A stretch of 64,000 nucleotides of DNA from an uncultured Lentimicrobiaceae bacterium (lineage in GTDB: Bacteria > Bacteroidota > Bacteroidia > Bacteroidales > F082): the NCBI GenBank assembly GCA_964460905.1, contig CAYWRM010000002.1, forward strand, positions 91,173 to 155,172, written 5' to 3'. Below are positions 8,575 to 17,946 of the stretch, piece after piece. The notes beneath the pieces were generated by a model, which saw only the letters and a program-made list of their open reading frames with translations, did not search any database and was not told the origin of the DNA. The stretch's first letter is position 1. Each line of letters opens with the position of its first letter. A program made the translations under genes and the position numbers.

Positions 8575-10389
8575 TTGAATCAACAAATTAAAAATAGTAG
8601 TCTTGAAAATTTAATAATAACACTTCCGGGCAAACCGGGGGTTTATCAGTATTTTGATAAAGATGATCGAATATTGTATGTTGGAAAAGCGAAAAACATA
8701 AAGAAAAGAGTAGCGAGTTATTTTACAAAAACACATCAAATTGGTAAGGTTAGAGTACTTGTTAAAAAAATATCTGACATAAAGGTTATTGTAACTGAAA
8801 CAGAATTAGATGCTCTCTTACTTGAGAACAATCTGATAAAAAAATATCAACCCCGCTATAATATCCAGCTAAAAGATGACAAAACCTTTCCATGGCTCTG
8901 CCTGAAAAATGAACCTTTCCCCCGCCTTTTTTCTACCAGAAATATAATACGAGACGGTTCTGATTATTTTGGACCCTATGCATCAGTTAAAATGATGCGT
9001 ACAATTAAGGATATTGTAAAGCAATTATATAAACTGCGTACATGCTCATTAAATTTATCTTCATCAAATGTAAAAAAGGGGAAATACAAAGTATGTCTTG
9101 AATATCATATTGGTAATTGTAAAGCCCCCTGTGTGGGTAAACAAAGTGAAGAAGATTATGATGAAACAATTAGGCAGATTAAGTCTATTATAAAAGGGAA
9201 TATTGGGAGTGTAATTGCTGAATTAACACAAATCATGATAGCAAAAGCTGATAAACTGGAGTTTGAACAGGCGCAGGTTGTAAAAGATAAAATCGACATT
9301 CTGGAAAAATATAAGAGTAAATCTACTATTGTTAATCCACGAATTAACAATGTTGATGTATTGTCGATGGTAGTTGGAGAAGGTAATTCATATATTAATT
9401 ATCTAAAAATAGTTAGTGGTGCAATTGTTCAAGCACATACAATTGAAGTAAAGAGGAAGCTTGATGAAACAGATGCTGAGGTGCTTACGTTTGCCTTGTT
9501 GGATTTTCGTCAGCGTTTTGAAAGTGTATCAAATGAGATCATACTACCTTTCCCTCTTGAAATAGAAATCCCAGATGTTAAGTTTACAATTCCCCAGCGA
9601 GGTGATAAGAAACAATTACTTGAGCTTAGTGAGAGAAATGCTAAACATACAAAAATTGAGCGACAAAAGCAGAAAGATTTGATTGATCCTGACAGACATA
9701 AAAAGAGGATACTTGCACAAATGAAAAAAGAGCTGCATATGGCTGAACTACCTGTTCAAATTGAGTGTTTTGATAATTCAAATATTCAGGGGGAATATCC
9801 TGTGGCGGCTATGGTACAGTTCATAAATGTGGTGCCGAATAAAAAAGCATATCGGCATTTTAATATTAAAACAGTTGAAGGACCAAATGATTATGCTTCG
9901 ATGGAAGAAGTGGTTAAGAGAAGGTATTCAAGACTAATTGCTGATAATAGTAGTCTGCCACAATTGATTATAGTTGACGGCGGTAAAGGTCAGTTAAGCT
10001 CAGCTGTAATAGCTCTGAAATCTGTAGGGCTCTATGGAAAAATAACTATTATTGGTATCGCCAAAAGACTGGAGGAAATATATTTTCCCAATGATTCAGT
10101 CCCTCTTTATCTGGATAAAACTTCAGAAACATTAAAAATAATTCAAAGACTAAGGGATGAAGCTCATAGGTTTGGGATTACTCACCATCGTAAAAAACGA
10201 GAATTGGGTACAATTAAAACACAACTAACCTCTATTGATGGCGTAGGGTTCATAACAGCACAGAAACTACTTCGCAAATTTAAGTCGGTAAAGAAAGTTA
10301 AAATTGCAGAAATGGATGAGCTTACAAAGGTTATTGGAAAATCAAAGGCCACCATTGTATATGATTATTTTCATTCTGAAAAAAATTGA
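8575..10389 (+). CDS. uvrC: excinuclease ABC subunit C
   Basis: GIY-YIG N-terminus (PGVYQYFDKDDRILYVGKAKNIKKRV), a UVR domain, an endonuclease V-like core (CFDNSNIQG) and a C-terminal HhH. 604 aa with a TTG start. Confidence 0.9.
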   Translation: MNQQIKNSSLENLIITLPGKPGVYQYFDKDDRILYVGKAKNIKKRVASYFTKTHQIGKVRVLVKKISDIKVIVTETELDALLLENNLIKKYQPRYNIQLKDDKTFPWLCLKNEPFPRLFSTRNIIRDGSDYFGPYASVKMMRTIKDIVKQLYKLRTCSLNLSSSNVKKGKYKVCLEYHIGNCKAPCVGKQSEEDYDETIRQIKSIIKGNIGSVIAELTQIMIAKADKLEFEQAQVVKDKIDILEKYKSKSTIVNPRINNVDVLSMVVGEGNSYINYLKIVSGAIVQAHTIEVKRKLDETDAEVLTFALLDFRQRFESVSNEIILPFPLEIEIPDVKFTIPQRGDKKQLLELSERNAKHTKIERQKQKDLIDPDRHKKRILAQMKKELHMAELPVQIECFDNSNIQGEYPVAAMVQFINVVPNKKAYRHFNIKTVEGPNDYASMEEVVKRRYSRLIADNSSLPQLIIVDGGKGQLSSAVIALKSVGLYGKITIIGIAKRLEEIYFPNDSVPLYLDKTSETLKIIQRLRDEAHRFGITHHRKKRELGTIKTQLTSIDGVGFITAQKLLRKFKSVKKVKIAEMDELTKVIGKSKATIVYDYFHSEKN

Positions 10390-10513
10390 CCAGTATAAGC
10401 GTAACTAATTAATGTGGTAATTGTTTGTAAAAGTTAGTCAGTTAACAAATATATTTTTTCCTTTGTGTTACCTTAGTGCATTACTTGGTGATACTTCGTG
10501 GTTAACATTTTAC

Positions 10514-10554
10514 CACAAAGACGCTCAAAGTACATCACAAAGGCGCTCGAAGTA
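10514..10554. repeat. tandem 19-nt direct repeat, period 22 nt (cacaaagRcgctcRaagta x2)
   Basis: 10514..10532 cacaaagacgctcaaagta and 10536..10554 cacaaaggcgctcgaagta differ only at two A/G positions. Confidence 0.7.
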
Positions 10555-10644
10555 TAATATGTTATTATTTGTAAAAACATTACAATTATTATATATTTTT
10601 TAATTTTACACTGATTAGTAACGCATAAGTTAATGTGTATAAAC

Positions 10645-10677
10645 GAAAAGCCCTGTCCAGGCGGACAGGGTCTTTTC
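10645..10677. terminator. bidirectional rho-independent terminator
   Basis: 8-bp GC-rich stem ccctgtcc/ggacaggg with loop aggc. It is flanked by an A-rich tract upstream and tctttt downstream, so each strand has a U-tract. Confidence 0.65.
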
Positions 10678-10872
10678 ACATATTAACCTAAAAACCCTCT
10701 AGTTCGAGGGATAACCCAAAAAATTAACCTGCTAAAGTTAATAGTTCTATGAAGAACTGTTGCAAATATAACACAAATAATACAGATTGCTTCTATAATA
10801 GCCACTTTTTTTGCAAAAAACTGATAAAAAATTTATAAAATACTGTTAACAAATAACATGCAAAACAAGGAG

Positions 10873-11610
10873 TTATTCAAAACTTTTCTCTCGAAGAGAG
10901 AAGTTTTTCCCAAGGTATACTTTTCTCACATGTTCATCTTCTGCAAGGTCTTTTGCTGAACCGGATTTTAATATTGAACCTTCAAAAAGCAAGTAAGCTC
11001 TATCAACAATAGTAAGTGTTTCATGTACATTATGATCGGTAATTAGAATACCAATATTTTTCTGTTTAAGTTTCGAAACAATAGATTGTATATCTTCAAC
11101 AGCTATCGGGTCAACTCCTGCAAATGGTTCATCGAGGAGAATAAATTTTGGGTCAACAGCAAGAGCTCTGGCAATCTCAGTTCTCCTCCTTTCTCCTCCG
11201 GAAAGTTGTATTCCTTTACTTTTGCGGATATTCTGCAAACCAAATTCTTCAAGCAGAGATTCTAGCCTTTCGGATTGCTGAGCCTTTGTGAGGTCAGTAA
11301 ATTCCATAACTGCCTTAAGGTTGTCTTCTATACTTAAGTGCCGAAAAACAGAAGCTTCCTGTGCAAGATACCCAATGCCACGTTGTGCACGCTTGTACAT
11401 TGGCTCATTAGTAATCTCTGTGTCATCAAGAAATACTTGCCCTGAAAAAGGTTTTATTAAACCAACAATCATATAAAAATTTGTTGTTTTGCCAGCTCCG
11501 TTGGGACCAAGCAAACCTACAATCTCCCCTCTATTTACTTCCATAGATACACGATTTACAACCGTGCGATGTTTATATTTTTTAACAAGTTCTCTAGTCC
11601 AAAGTTTCAT
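10873..11610 (-). CDS. lptB: LPS export ABC transporter ATP-binding protein
   Basis: Walker A GPNGAGKTT, signature LSGGERRR and Walker B ILLDEPFAG. 245 aa, directly downstream of kdsD. Confidence 0.85.
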   Translation of the reverse strand: MKLWTRELVKKYKHRTVVNRVSMEVNRGEIVGLLGPNGAGKTTNFYMIVGLIKPFSGQVFLDDTEITNEPMYKRAQRGIGYLAQEASVFRHLSIEDNLKAVMEFTDLTKAQQSERLESLLEEFGLQNIRKSKGIQLSGGERRRTEIARALAVDPKFILLDEPFAGVDPIAVEDIQSIVSKLKQKNIGILITDHNVHETLTIVDRAYLLFEGSILKSGSAKDLAEDEHVRKVYLGKNFSLREKSFE

Positions 11611-11622
11611 GTTCGTTGAATA

Positions 11623-12588
11623 TTAAAAAATTCCTTCCTTTAATATATCATGTAAATGAATTACACCAATATAATTGCCATTATCGGTAACAGGTAGCTG
11701 TGTAATGTTATTCTCACGCATTAATGAGAGGGCATTAACTACCAATTCTTCACTTTCAATTGTTAGTGGATTACTAGTCATAATATCCTTGGCAACCAGA
11801 TTATTGAAATCATTATATTTTTCAATCATCCTTCTTAAATCACCATCAGTAACTACACCAATTAATCTGCCATCATCAAGAACTGCCGTTGCGCCAAGGC
11901 GTTTAGATGATATTTCAATAATAACTTTTGATATTGATTCGTCAGCACTTACAATTGGTACTTCGTTGTTTGAGGCAAGGTCTATCACTCGCATATACAT
12001 GCGTTTACCTAACGATCCTCCAGGATGAAATTTAGCAAAATCCTTCGCTGAAAAATCTTTTAACTTTAGCAAACTTACAGCAAGTGCATCACCTATTACA
12101 AGTTGTGCAGTTGTACTTGTTGTTGGAGCAAGATTGTTTGGACATGCTTCTTTTTCAACTGCAGCATCCAATATAAAATCTGCCTGATTAGCAAGAAAAG
12201 ACTTTGTATTTCCAACCAATGCTATTATTTTATTTTTTCGAGCTTTAAGTAGTGGGATTAGTACTTTAATCTCAGGTGTTTCACCACTTTTTGAAATGGC
12301 AATCAATATATCATCCTTTGTTACAATACCCAAATCGCCATGAATAGCATCTGCTGCATGCATAAAAATTGAAGGTGTTCCTGTTGAGTTAAATGTGGCA
12401 ACAATTTTTTGAGCAATATTTGCACTTTTTCCAATTCCGGTTACAATAACTCTTCCTTTCGATTCAAAAATTAGTTTAACAGAACTTATAAAATCATTAT
12501 TAACGGATTTCTGTAGATTTTTTATAGCTAAATATTCATCATTAATGACTGATATAGCTGTTTTTCGTATTTTATCGTTGATATTCAA
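11623..12588 (-). CDS. kdsD: arabinose-5-phosphate isomerase (KpsF/GutQ/KdsD family, SIS + 2 CBS)
   Basis: SIS motif VTGIGKSANIAQKIVATF, then tandem CBS domains at the C-terminus. 321 aa. Confidence 0.85.
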   Translation of the reverse strand: MNINDKIRKTAISVINDEYLAIKNLQKSVNNDFISSVKLIFESKGRVIVTGIGKSANIAQKIVATFNSTGTPSIFMHAADAIHGDLGIVTKDDILIAISKSGETPEIKVLIPLLKARKNKIIALVGNTKSFLANQADFILDAAVEKEACPNNLAPTTSTTAQLVIGDALAVSLLKLKDFSAKDFAKFHPGGSLGKRMYMRVIDLASNNEVPIVSADESISKVIIEISSKRLGATAVLDDGRLIGVVTDGDLRRMIEKYNDFNNLVAKDIMTSNPLTIESEELVVNALSLMRENNITQLPVTDNGNYIGVIHLHDILKEGIF

Positions 12589-12631
12589 TTATTTTTTTAT
12601 TAAAACTTGTAAAATCAAAATTTATTATTAT

Positions 12632-12639
12632 TATATTTG
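12632..12639 (+). promoter_or_regulatory. candidate -7 promoter element TAtaTTTG upstream of recQ
   Basis: Exact TAnnTTTG match with a TTG 22 nt upstream, about 105 nt before the recQ start. Confidence 0.3.
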
Positions 12640-12744
12640 TTCTTATACTTTAATGGAGTATAAAATAAATTTCTGGTTGAACATTATTTAAGAATGTAAC
12701 TAATAAGTAATTTATGACAAAGATATGTTTTATCTAACTAATTA

Positions 12745-14949
12745 ATGAAAACCAATAACGATAATTACGAGACACGGAAAATATTAAAAACATTTTTTGG
12801 CTTTTCAAGCTTTAAAGGAGAGCAAGAAGAGATTATCCAGGAAGTTATGGATAATAAAGATACATTTGTTGTAATGCCAACAGGTGGGGGCAAATCACTC
12901 TGTTATCAATTGCCTGCGTTAATAAAGTCGGGAACAGCAATAGTAGTTTCTCCATTAATAGCATTAATGAAGAATCAAGTTGATATGATCCGTAATTTCG
13001 GTACACAATCCGGAATAGCGCATGTTATGAATTCCTCTTTATCGAAAGCAGAGATTACTGAAGTAAAGGAGGACCTTAGAAAGGGAAAAACGAAATTACT
13101 TTACATGGCTCCCGAATCACTGACAAAAGCAGATAATGTAGAATTCTTAAAAAGTATTGGTATCTCTTTTTTCGCTATTGATGAGGCCCACTGTATTTCA
13201 GAATGGGGTCATGATTTTAGACCTGAATACAGAAAGCTCAGATCTATTATTAATGCAATTAATCCAAAACTTACCACAATAGCTTTAACAGCAACAGCTA
13301 CTTTAAAAGTGCAAGAGGATATACTTAAAAATCTTGATATACCCCATGCGAGAGTCATTAAAGCCTCTTTTGATAGAACAAACCTATATTATGAAGTAAG
13401 ACCAAAGACCAAAAGTGTTATTAAAGATGTTATAAAATATATAAAAACACAACCAGCCAAATCAGGTATTGTATACTGTCTTAGTCGAAAAAAAGTTGAA
13501 GAAATTGCTGAATCTCTTGTTGTAAATGGAATTAGGGCACTGCCTTATCATGCCGGGCTTGATGCTGCAACGCGAAGAAACAATCAGGATATGTTCCTTA
13601 TGGAAGATGTTGATGTTATTGTAGCAACAATTGCTTTTGGAATGGGTATTGATAAACCCGATATTCGCTTTGTTATTCATCATGATATACCCAAAAGTAT
13701 TGAGGGTTATTATCAGGAAACTGGAAGGGGTGGCCGTGATGGTAGAGAGGGTAACTGCATAACATTTTACAGCTATGATGATATTCAGAAACTTGAAAAA
13801 TTTATGAAGGACAAACCTGTTGCTGAGCAGGAAATAGCAAAAGAACTTCTTTTTGAGACTGTTACTTATGCTGAGTCTTCAGTGTGTAGGCATAAACTAC
13901 TACTGCATTATTTTGGAGAGTCTTATGAAAAAGAAAGCTGTGGTGCATGCGATAATTGTTTGAACCCTAAAGAAAAATTTGAAGGCAAAGATGATATTCA
14001 GTTAGCATTAAAAACTGTTTTGGATCTTAAGCAACAATTTAAAATTAAAATTATTGGAGAAGTATTGGCAGGTAAGAAAAGCGGTGATGTTAAATCAATT
14101 AAACTTGATAAATCATCTGTTTTTGGCCTAGGTCAACAGCATGATGAGAAATATTGGGTAATGGTTGTGCGGCAGGCACTTATTCAAAGACTTTGTGAAA
14201 AAGAAATTGAAAATTATGGCATTATAAAGTTAACAGAAAAAGGTAAAGACTTTATTGTTAACCCCTATAGCATACTAATTGCTAAAGATCATGATTACGA
14301 CCATGGAGAAGATGATGACATTATTTTGAAGGCTGGTGGACAACGACAAAGTGGTGCCGATACTTTATTATTTGCCATGTTAAAAGATCTTAGGAAGCAA
14401 ATTTCGCGAGACGAAGGCCTTCCTCCATTTGTTATTTTTCAAGATCCTTCATTAGAAGATATGACCATCCAATATCCCGTTACTGAAGAGGAACTTAGGC
14501 AGATTTCAGGTGTGGGCACTGGAAAAGCTGCCAAATATGGTGGACCGTTTCTTGAGCTCATTAGTACTTATGTAGAAGAAAACGAAATTACCAGACCTAA
14601 TGATATGGTTATTAAGTCTGTTGTAAATAAATCGGGATTGAAAGTTTATATAATACAAAGTATCGACAGAAAGCTCCCGTTGGATGATATTGCCCATGGT
14701 AAAAATCTATCCGTAAGTGAGATGCTAAATGAAATAGAGCATATTGTAGCTTCTGGTACTAAACTTGACATTAGTTATTATATTGATGTTAAGGTGGATG
14801 AATATCATCAGGAAGAGATATTTGATTATTTCTCAGAAGCAGAAACAGACTCGATTCAGGATGCTCTTGATGAATTAGGAGAATCGGAGTTTAGCGAAGA
14901 AGAGGTTAGGTTAATGAGAATCAAGTTTTTATCTGAAATTGGGAATTAA
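12745..14949 (+). CDS. recQ: ATP-dependent DNA helicase RecQ
   Basis: MPTGGGKSLCYQLPA, DEAH box DEAHCISEWGHDFRPEY, zinc-binding CRHKLLLHYFGE...CGACDNC, and a C-terminal HRDC region. 734 aa. Confidence 0.9.
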   Translation: MKTNNDNYETRKILKTFFGFSSFKGEQEEIIQEVMDNKDTFVVMPTGGGKSLCYQLPALIKSGTAIVVSPLIALMKNQVDMIRNFGTQSGIAHVMNSSLSKAEITEVKEDLRKGKTKLLYMAPESLTKADNVEFLKSIGISFFAIDEAHCISEWGHDFRPEYRKLRSIINAINPKLTTIALTATATLKVQEDILKNLDIPHARVIKASFDRTNLYYEVRPKTKSVIKDVIKYIKTQPAKSGIVYCLSRKKVEEIAESLVVNGIRALPYHAGLDAATRRNNQDMFLMEDVDVIVATIAFGMGIDKPDIRFVIHHDIPKSIEGYYQETGRGGRDGREGNCITFYSYDDIQKLEKFMKDKPVAEQEIAKELLFETVTYAESSVCRHKLLLHYFGESYEKESCGACDNCLNPKEKFEGKDDIQLALKTVLDLKQQFKIKIIGEVLAGKKSGDVKSIKLDKSSVFGLGQQHDEKYWVMVVRQALIQRLCEKEIENYGIIKLTEKGKDFIVNPYSILIAKDHDYDHGEDDDIILKAGGQRQSGADTLLFAMLKDLRKQISRDEGLPPFVIFQDPSLEDMTIQYPVTEEELRQISGVGTGKAAKYGGPFLELISTYVEENEITRPNDMVIKSVVNKSGLKVYIIQSIDRKLPLDDIAHGKNLSVSEMLNEIEHIVASGTKLDISYYIDVKVDEYHQEEIFDYFSEAETDSIQDALDELGESEFSEEEVRLMRIKFLSEIGN

Positions 14950-14950
14950 A

Positions 14951-15409
14951 ATGAATAAGCTGGTTTTTGCACTCATCGTTATCTTCTCATTAACTTCATG
15001 TTATAATACGAACAACAGTAAACCTGATGAACCTGAAATTTTTTTATCAAGATTACAGATGGTGGAAATAATGACTGAGGTTCAATTGATTGAAGCAAGT
15101 TTTAACATTAAGAATAATAGAAGTAATGCAGATGAGTTGAAACCGAAATATTACGAAAAAATCCTTAAGCAATACGGAATTACAATTCAACAATTAAAAG
15201 ATAATATCGATTACTACAATAATTATCCTAAAATTATGGAAGAAATTTATGAATCGGTATTGGCTAATTTAAGTAAAATTCAAAGTAAAGTACAATTGGA
15301 AATCGAGGAAATCGAGAAAATACGTATTGCCGATAGTATTGCCAAAATAACAGATAGCCTAAACCTAATAATGAATGATAGTTTAAAGATGACGAATGGA
15401 GTAAAATAA
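14951..15409 (+). CDS. small lipoprotein (DUF4296-like)
   Basis: Lipoprotein signal MNKLVFALIVIFSLTSC. The start is taken at the ATG at 14951 rather than 14939, which avoids overlap with the recQ stop. Confidence 0.45.
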   Translation: MNKLVFALIVIFSLTSCYNTNNSKPDEPEIFLSRLQMVEIMTEVQLIEASFNIKNNRSNADELKPKYYEKILKQYGITIQQLKDNIDYYNNYPKIMEEIYESVLANLSKIQSKVQLEIEEIEKIRIADSIAKITDSLNLIMNDSLKMTNGVK

Positions 15410-15424
15410 TTGCAGTTTACAAAG

Positions 15425-15820
15425 CTATTTTGTAAAAACCGCTATCCTTGCTTCACTATCAATACCATCATTTAAGTCGAAGTTAAATTCAAGTTTAATA
15501 CTATTTATGTAATTACCATCTCCACTAACTGAATAATCTGCCCCCAGCAATTGATTATCAATAACAACCGAGTTGCCAATTACTAATCCAATAGCAGTCG
15601 TTCCCAGATTTGCAAAATTATCTAATAAAATTTCACTTGAGTTAGAAGGGTTCGTAGTAATTGTAACGTTATAATTTAATTTGGCAGCTTGATCAACTAC
15701 ATTCCATACGCCAACATATTTCTGAAGATCATCGGTTTCTTCATCAGTAGTTATAGCACACGATCCGATGAGAAGTATTCCTAACAAAAAGATAAATGAT
15801 AAAAAATATTTATTTTGCAT
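15425..15820 (-). CDS. hypothetical lipoprotein
   Basis: Signal plus lipobox (LLIGSC). 131 aa beta-rich protein with no recognisable catalytic motif. Confidence 0.45.
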   Translation of the reverse strand: MQNKYFLSFIFLLGILLIGSCAITTDEETDDLQKYVGVWNVVDQAAKLNYNVTITTNPSNSSEILLDNFANLGTTAIGLVIGNSVVIDNQLLGADYSVSGDGNYINSIKLEFNFDLNDGIDSEARIAVFTK

Positions 15821-15853
15821 GTAATAGAATTAAAATTAAACTGGCAATTTTCA

Positions 15854-16648
15854 CTAGTGAGAAACCGAAATTCTTGCTGTTGTAATTGGACCCATCTCAG
15901 AATCAACTTTCACAAAATAGTAACCATTTTCTAAGTTATCAACAGAAAAATTAATTTGAGCTTTGCCTTCGGTATATCTTTGAATATCAGAAATATATAC
16001 TTGTTGCCCTATCAAATTGAAAATGCTAATTTGAATATTTGTCGATTTTTGTATTTCAAATTCAATTGTGCCAATATTTTGTACAGGAACGGGAAATATT
16101 TTAGCTTCTTGTTTGGTTGAAATAATATCAGGAGTACTTACATTAATACCACCGGCAGCAATAACAGCATTTGTAATATTTTCTTCATTCGGATACCAAA
16201 TATATTGCTCCACAATAGTGTGGTCAGGTGTAATAACAATAACTGTTGGATATGATACAATGTCATAAATGCCAAACGCAATATTGCCTCCTCCTTCGGT
16301 ACCACTTGCTGTTGGATAAGTAAGACCATATATAGAATCAAACTCTATAACTCCAATGTTATTATTACCCCAGTTTATTCCTAAGAAATATACATTTCCT
16401 TCATTATATCCAAATTTCTCATAGCATGCCTGAAAGTCAGGAGCATAATCAATACATGGACCACATGTTGTTGAGAAGAAATCAATAACAACAATTTGAT
16501 TTTCAATGTCAAGTAGTGGAAAAAGCGATATAGCTTCGCCATAAATTGTTTTTACATTAATGTCAACAGCCTCAGTTAAAGAAGTTTGGGCAGTTGTGCT
16601 GCCCATAATTAGCGCAACTGTAAATAGTAAAATTAGTTTTTTGATCAT
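15854..16648 (-). CDS. secreted thioredoxin-fold (TlpA-like) protein with T9SS C-terminal sorting domain
   Basis: Signal peptide, a CGPC active site inside FFSTTCGPCIDYAP, and a C-terminal ~80 aa resembling the T9SS type A sorting domain (KIFPVPV...IFNLIGQQVY...GYYFVKV). Confidence 0.65.
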   Translation of the reverse strand: MIKKLILLFTVALIMGSTTAQTSLTEAVDINVKTIYGEAISLFPLLDIENQIVVIDFFSTTCGPCIDYAPDFQACYEKFGYNEGNVYFLGINWGNNNIGVIEFDSIYGLTYPTASGTEGGGNIAFGIYDIVSYPTVIVITPDHTIVEQYIWYPNEENITNAVIAAGGINVSTPDIISTKQEAKIFPVPVQNIGTIEFEIQKSTNIQISIFNLIGQQVYISDIQRYTEGKAQINFSVDNLENGYYFVKVDSEMGPITTARISVSH

Positions 16649-16718
16649 ATGTTATAAACTATATATGAAGTATAATTAAAATGTGAAAGTAGTTATTATT
16701 TATTAAATAGGTATATTC

Positions 16719-17564
16719 TTACTTAATTATCTCGTTATAAATATTATCAGCAAGACGGCTGGCACCAATTCTGAAATATTTATTGGAGAGCCATGAGCTG
16801 CCAAGTATTTCTTGTACCAATAAATAATAAATAATAGCCTCTTCAGCTTTAGAAATTCCACCGGCAGGTTTAATGCCAATCATTTTTCCTGTTTTTTCAT
16901 AATATTCTTTAATGGTATCGAGCATTATTATCATAGCTTCAGGAGTAGCTGCAGGCTGAATTTTCCCGGTTGATGTTTTAATAAAATCAGCACCGGCAAG
17001 TATAGCTATTTCGCTTGCCAGCCTTATTAGCTCAACTGTTTTAAGTTCGCCTGTTTCCAATATTACCTTAAGGTGTGCATTACCACACGCCTTCTTAATT
17101 GCTACTATTTCCTCAAAAACAAAGTTGCTGTTTCCTTCAATCAATTTACCGCGCGAAATAACCATATCAATCTCCTGTGCCCCATTGGAAACTGCATATT
17201 TAACTTCATCAACACGTATTGATAATGGAGATTGACCACTAGGGAAAGCCCCTGCAACGCATGCAGTTGCAACATCAGTTTGGGATAATGCATTGCTGAC
17301 AAGATCTGCAAAAACAGGATAAACACAAATTGCTGCCACATTTGATATTCCAGCAGATTTGTCTTTAAACGATGTTGCTTTATTACACAAATTTGTAACT
17401 TTTTCTGAAGTGTCATCACCGCTAAGTGTTGTCAAATCAATATTACCTAATAGTTGTTTCAACATCCCCTGTCTGTCAACTTTTTTAATCCCTTTCTTAT
17501 TTATCTCGATACTCCTTTGTGATAATTCTGTCAAAGAATAATTATAATTATTGAAGTTTTGCAT
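16719..17564 (-). CDS. deoC: deoxyribose-phosphate aldolase
   Basis: DeoC-like TIM barrel with the Schiff-base lysine context ADFIKTSTG and the GIKPAGGI motif. 281 aa (long form). Confidence 0.8.
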   Translation of the reverse strand: MQNFNNYNYSLTELSQRSIEINKKGIKKVDRQGMLKQLLGNIDLTTLSGDDTSEKVTNLCNKATSFKDKSAGISNVAAICVYPVFADLVSNALSQTDVATACVAGAFPSGQSPLSIRVDEVKYAVSNGAQEIDMVISRGKLIEGNSNFVFEEIVAIKKACGNAHLKVILETGELKTVELIRLASEIAILAGADFIKTSTGKIQPAATPEAMIIMLDTIKEYYEKTGKMIGIKPAGGISKAEEAIIYYLLVQEILGSSWLSNKYFRIGASRLADNIYNEIIK

Positions 17565-17946
17565 ATGATTTTTTTTGCAAAAATAGTAATAGCGGACAAT
17601 TTATTAATATATCATTGTGTTTTTCTAGATTCTGCAAGTTCTATTTTTCCGATTTGCTGTATATAAACAAATGTTCCGGTATAAATAATTAGTTAATGTT
17701 ACAAAATTACTTTACTCTTTATTTGAATTTATATACTTGGTGTGTATATTATTAAAATACTACTATTTTTGTGCTTTTTTTGTAATTAAGAGGATTGCTC
17801 ATATTTATTTTCAATCATTGTTCATATGTTATCCCAAACATAGTTAGTTATTATTTGTGTTTTGTTAAAAAACATTTTTGTTCGACTGATAGTTTGAAAT
17901 AGTTACCCTCTTTTACTTATAGTACTTTAAATCAGTTTTATCAAAA

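Noticed and set aside
8461-8586. 42-codon N-terminal extension of the response regulator in the ORF track
   Set aside because: The extension is hydrophobic nonsense preceding a perfect REC start (MDNSKFSILLVDD), and it would overlap the uvrC start and its promoter-like motif.
10421-10679. ORFs 10421..10603 (+) and 10473..10679 (-) in the uvrC-lptB spacer
   Set aside because: They overlap each other, run through the tandem repeat and the terminator stem, and have no coding-like composition. The region is treated as non-coding or a possible sRNA locus instead.
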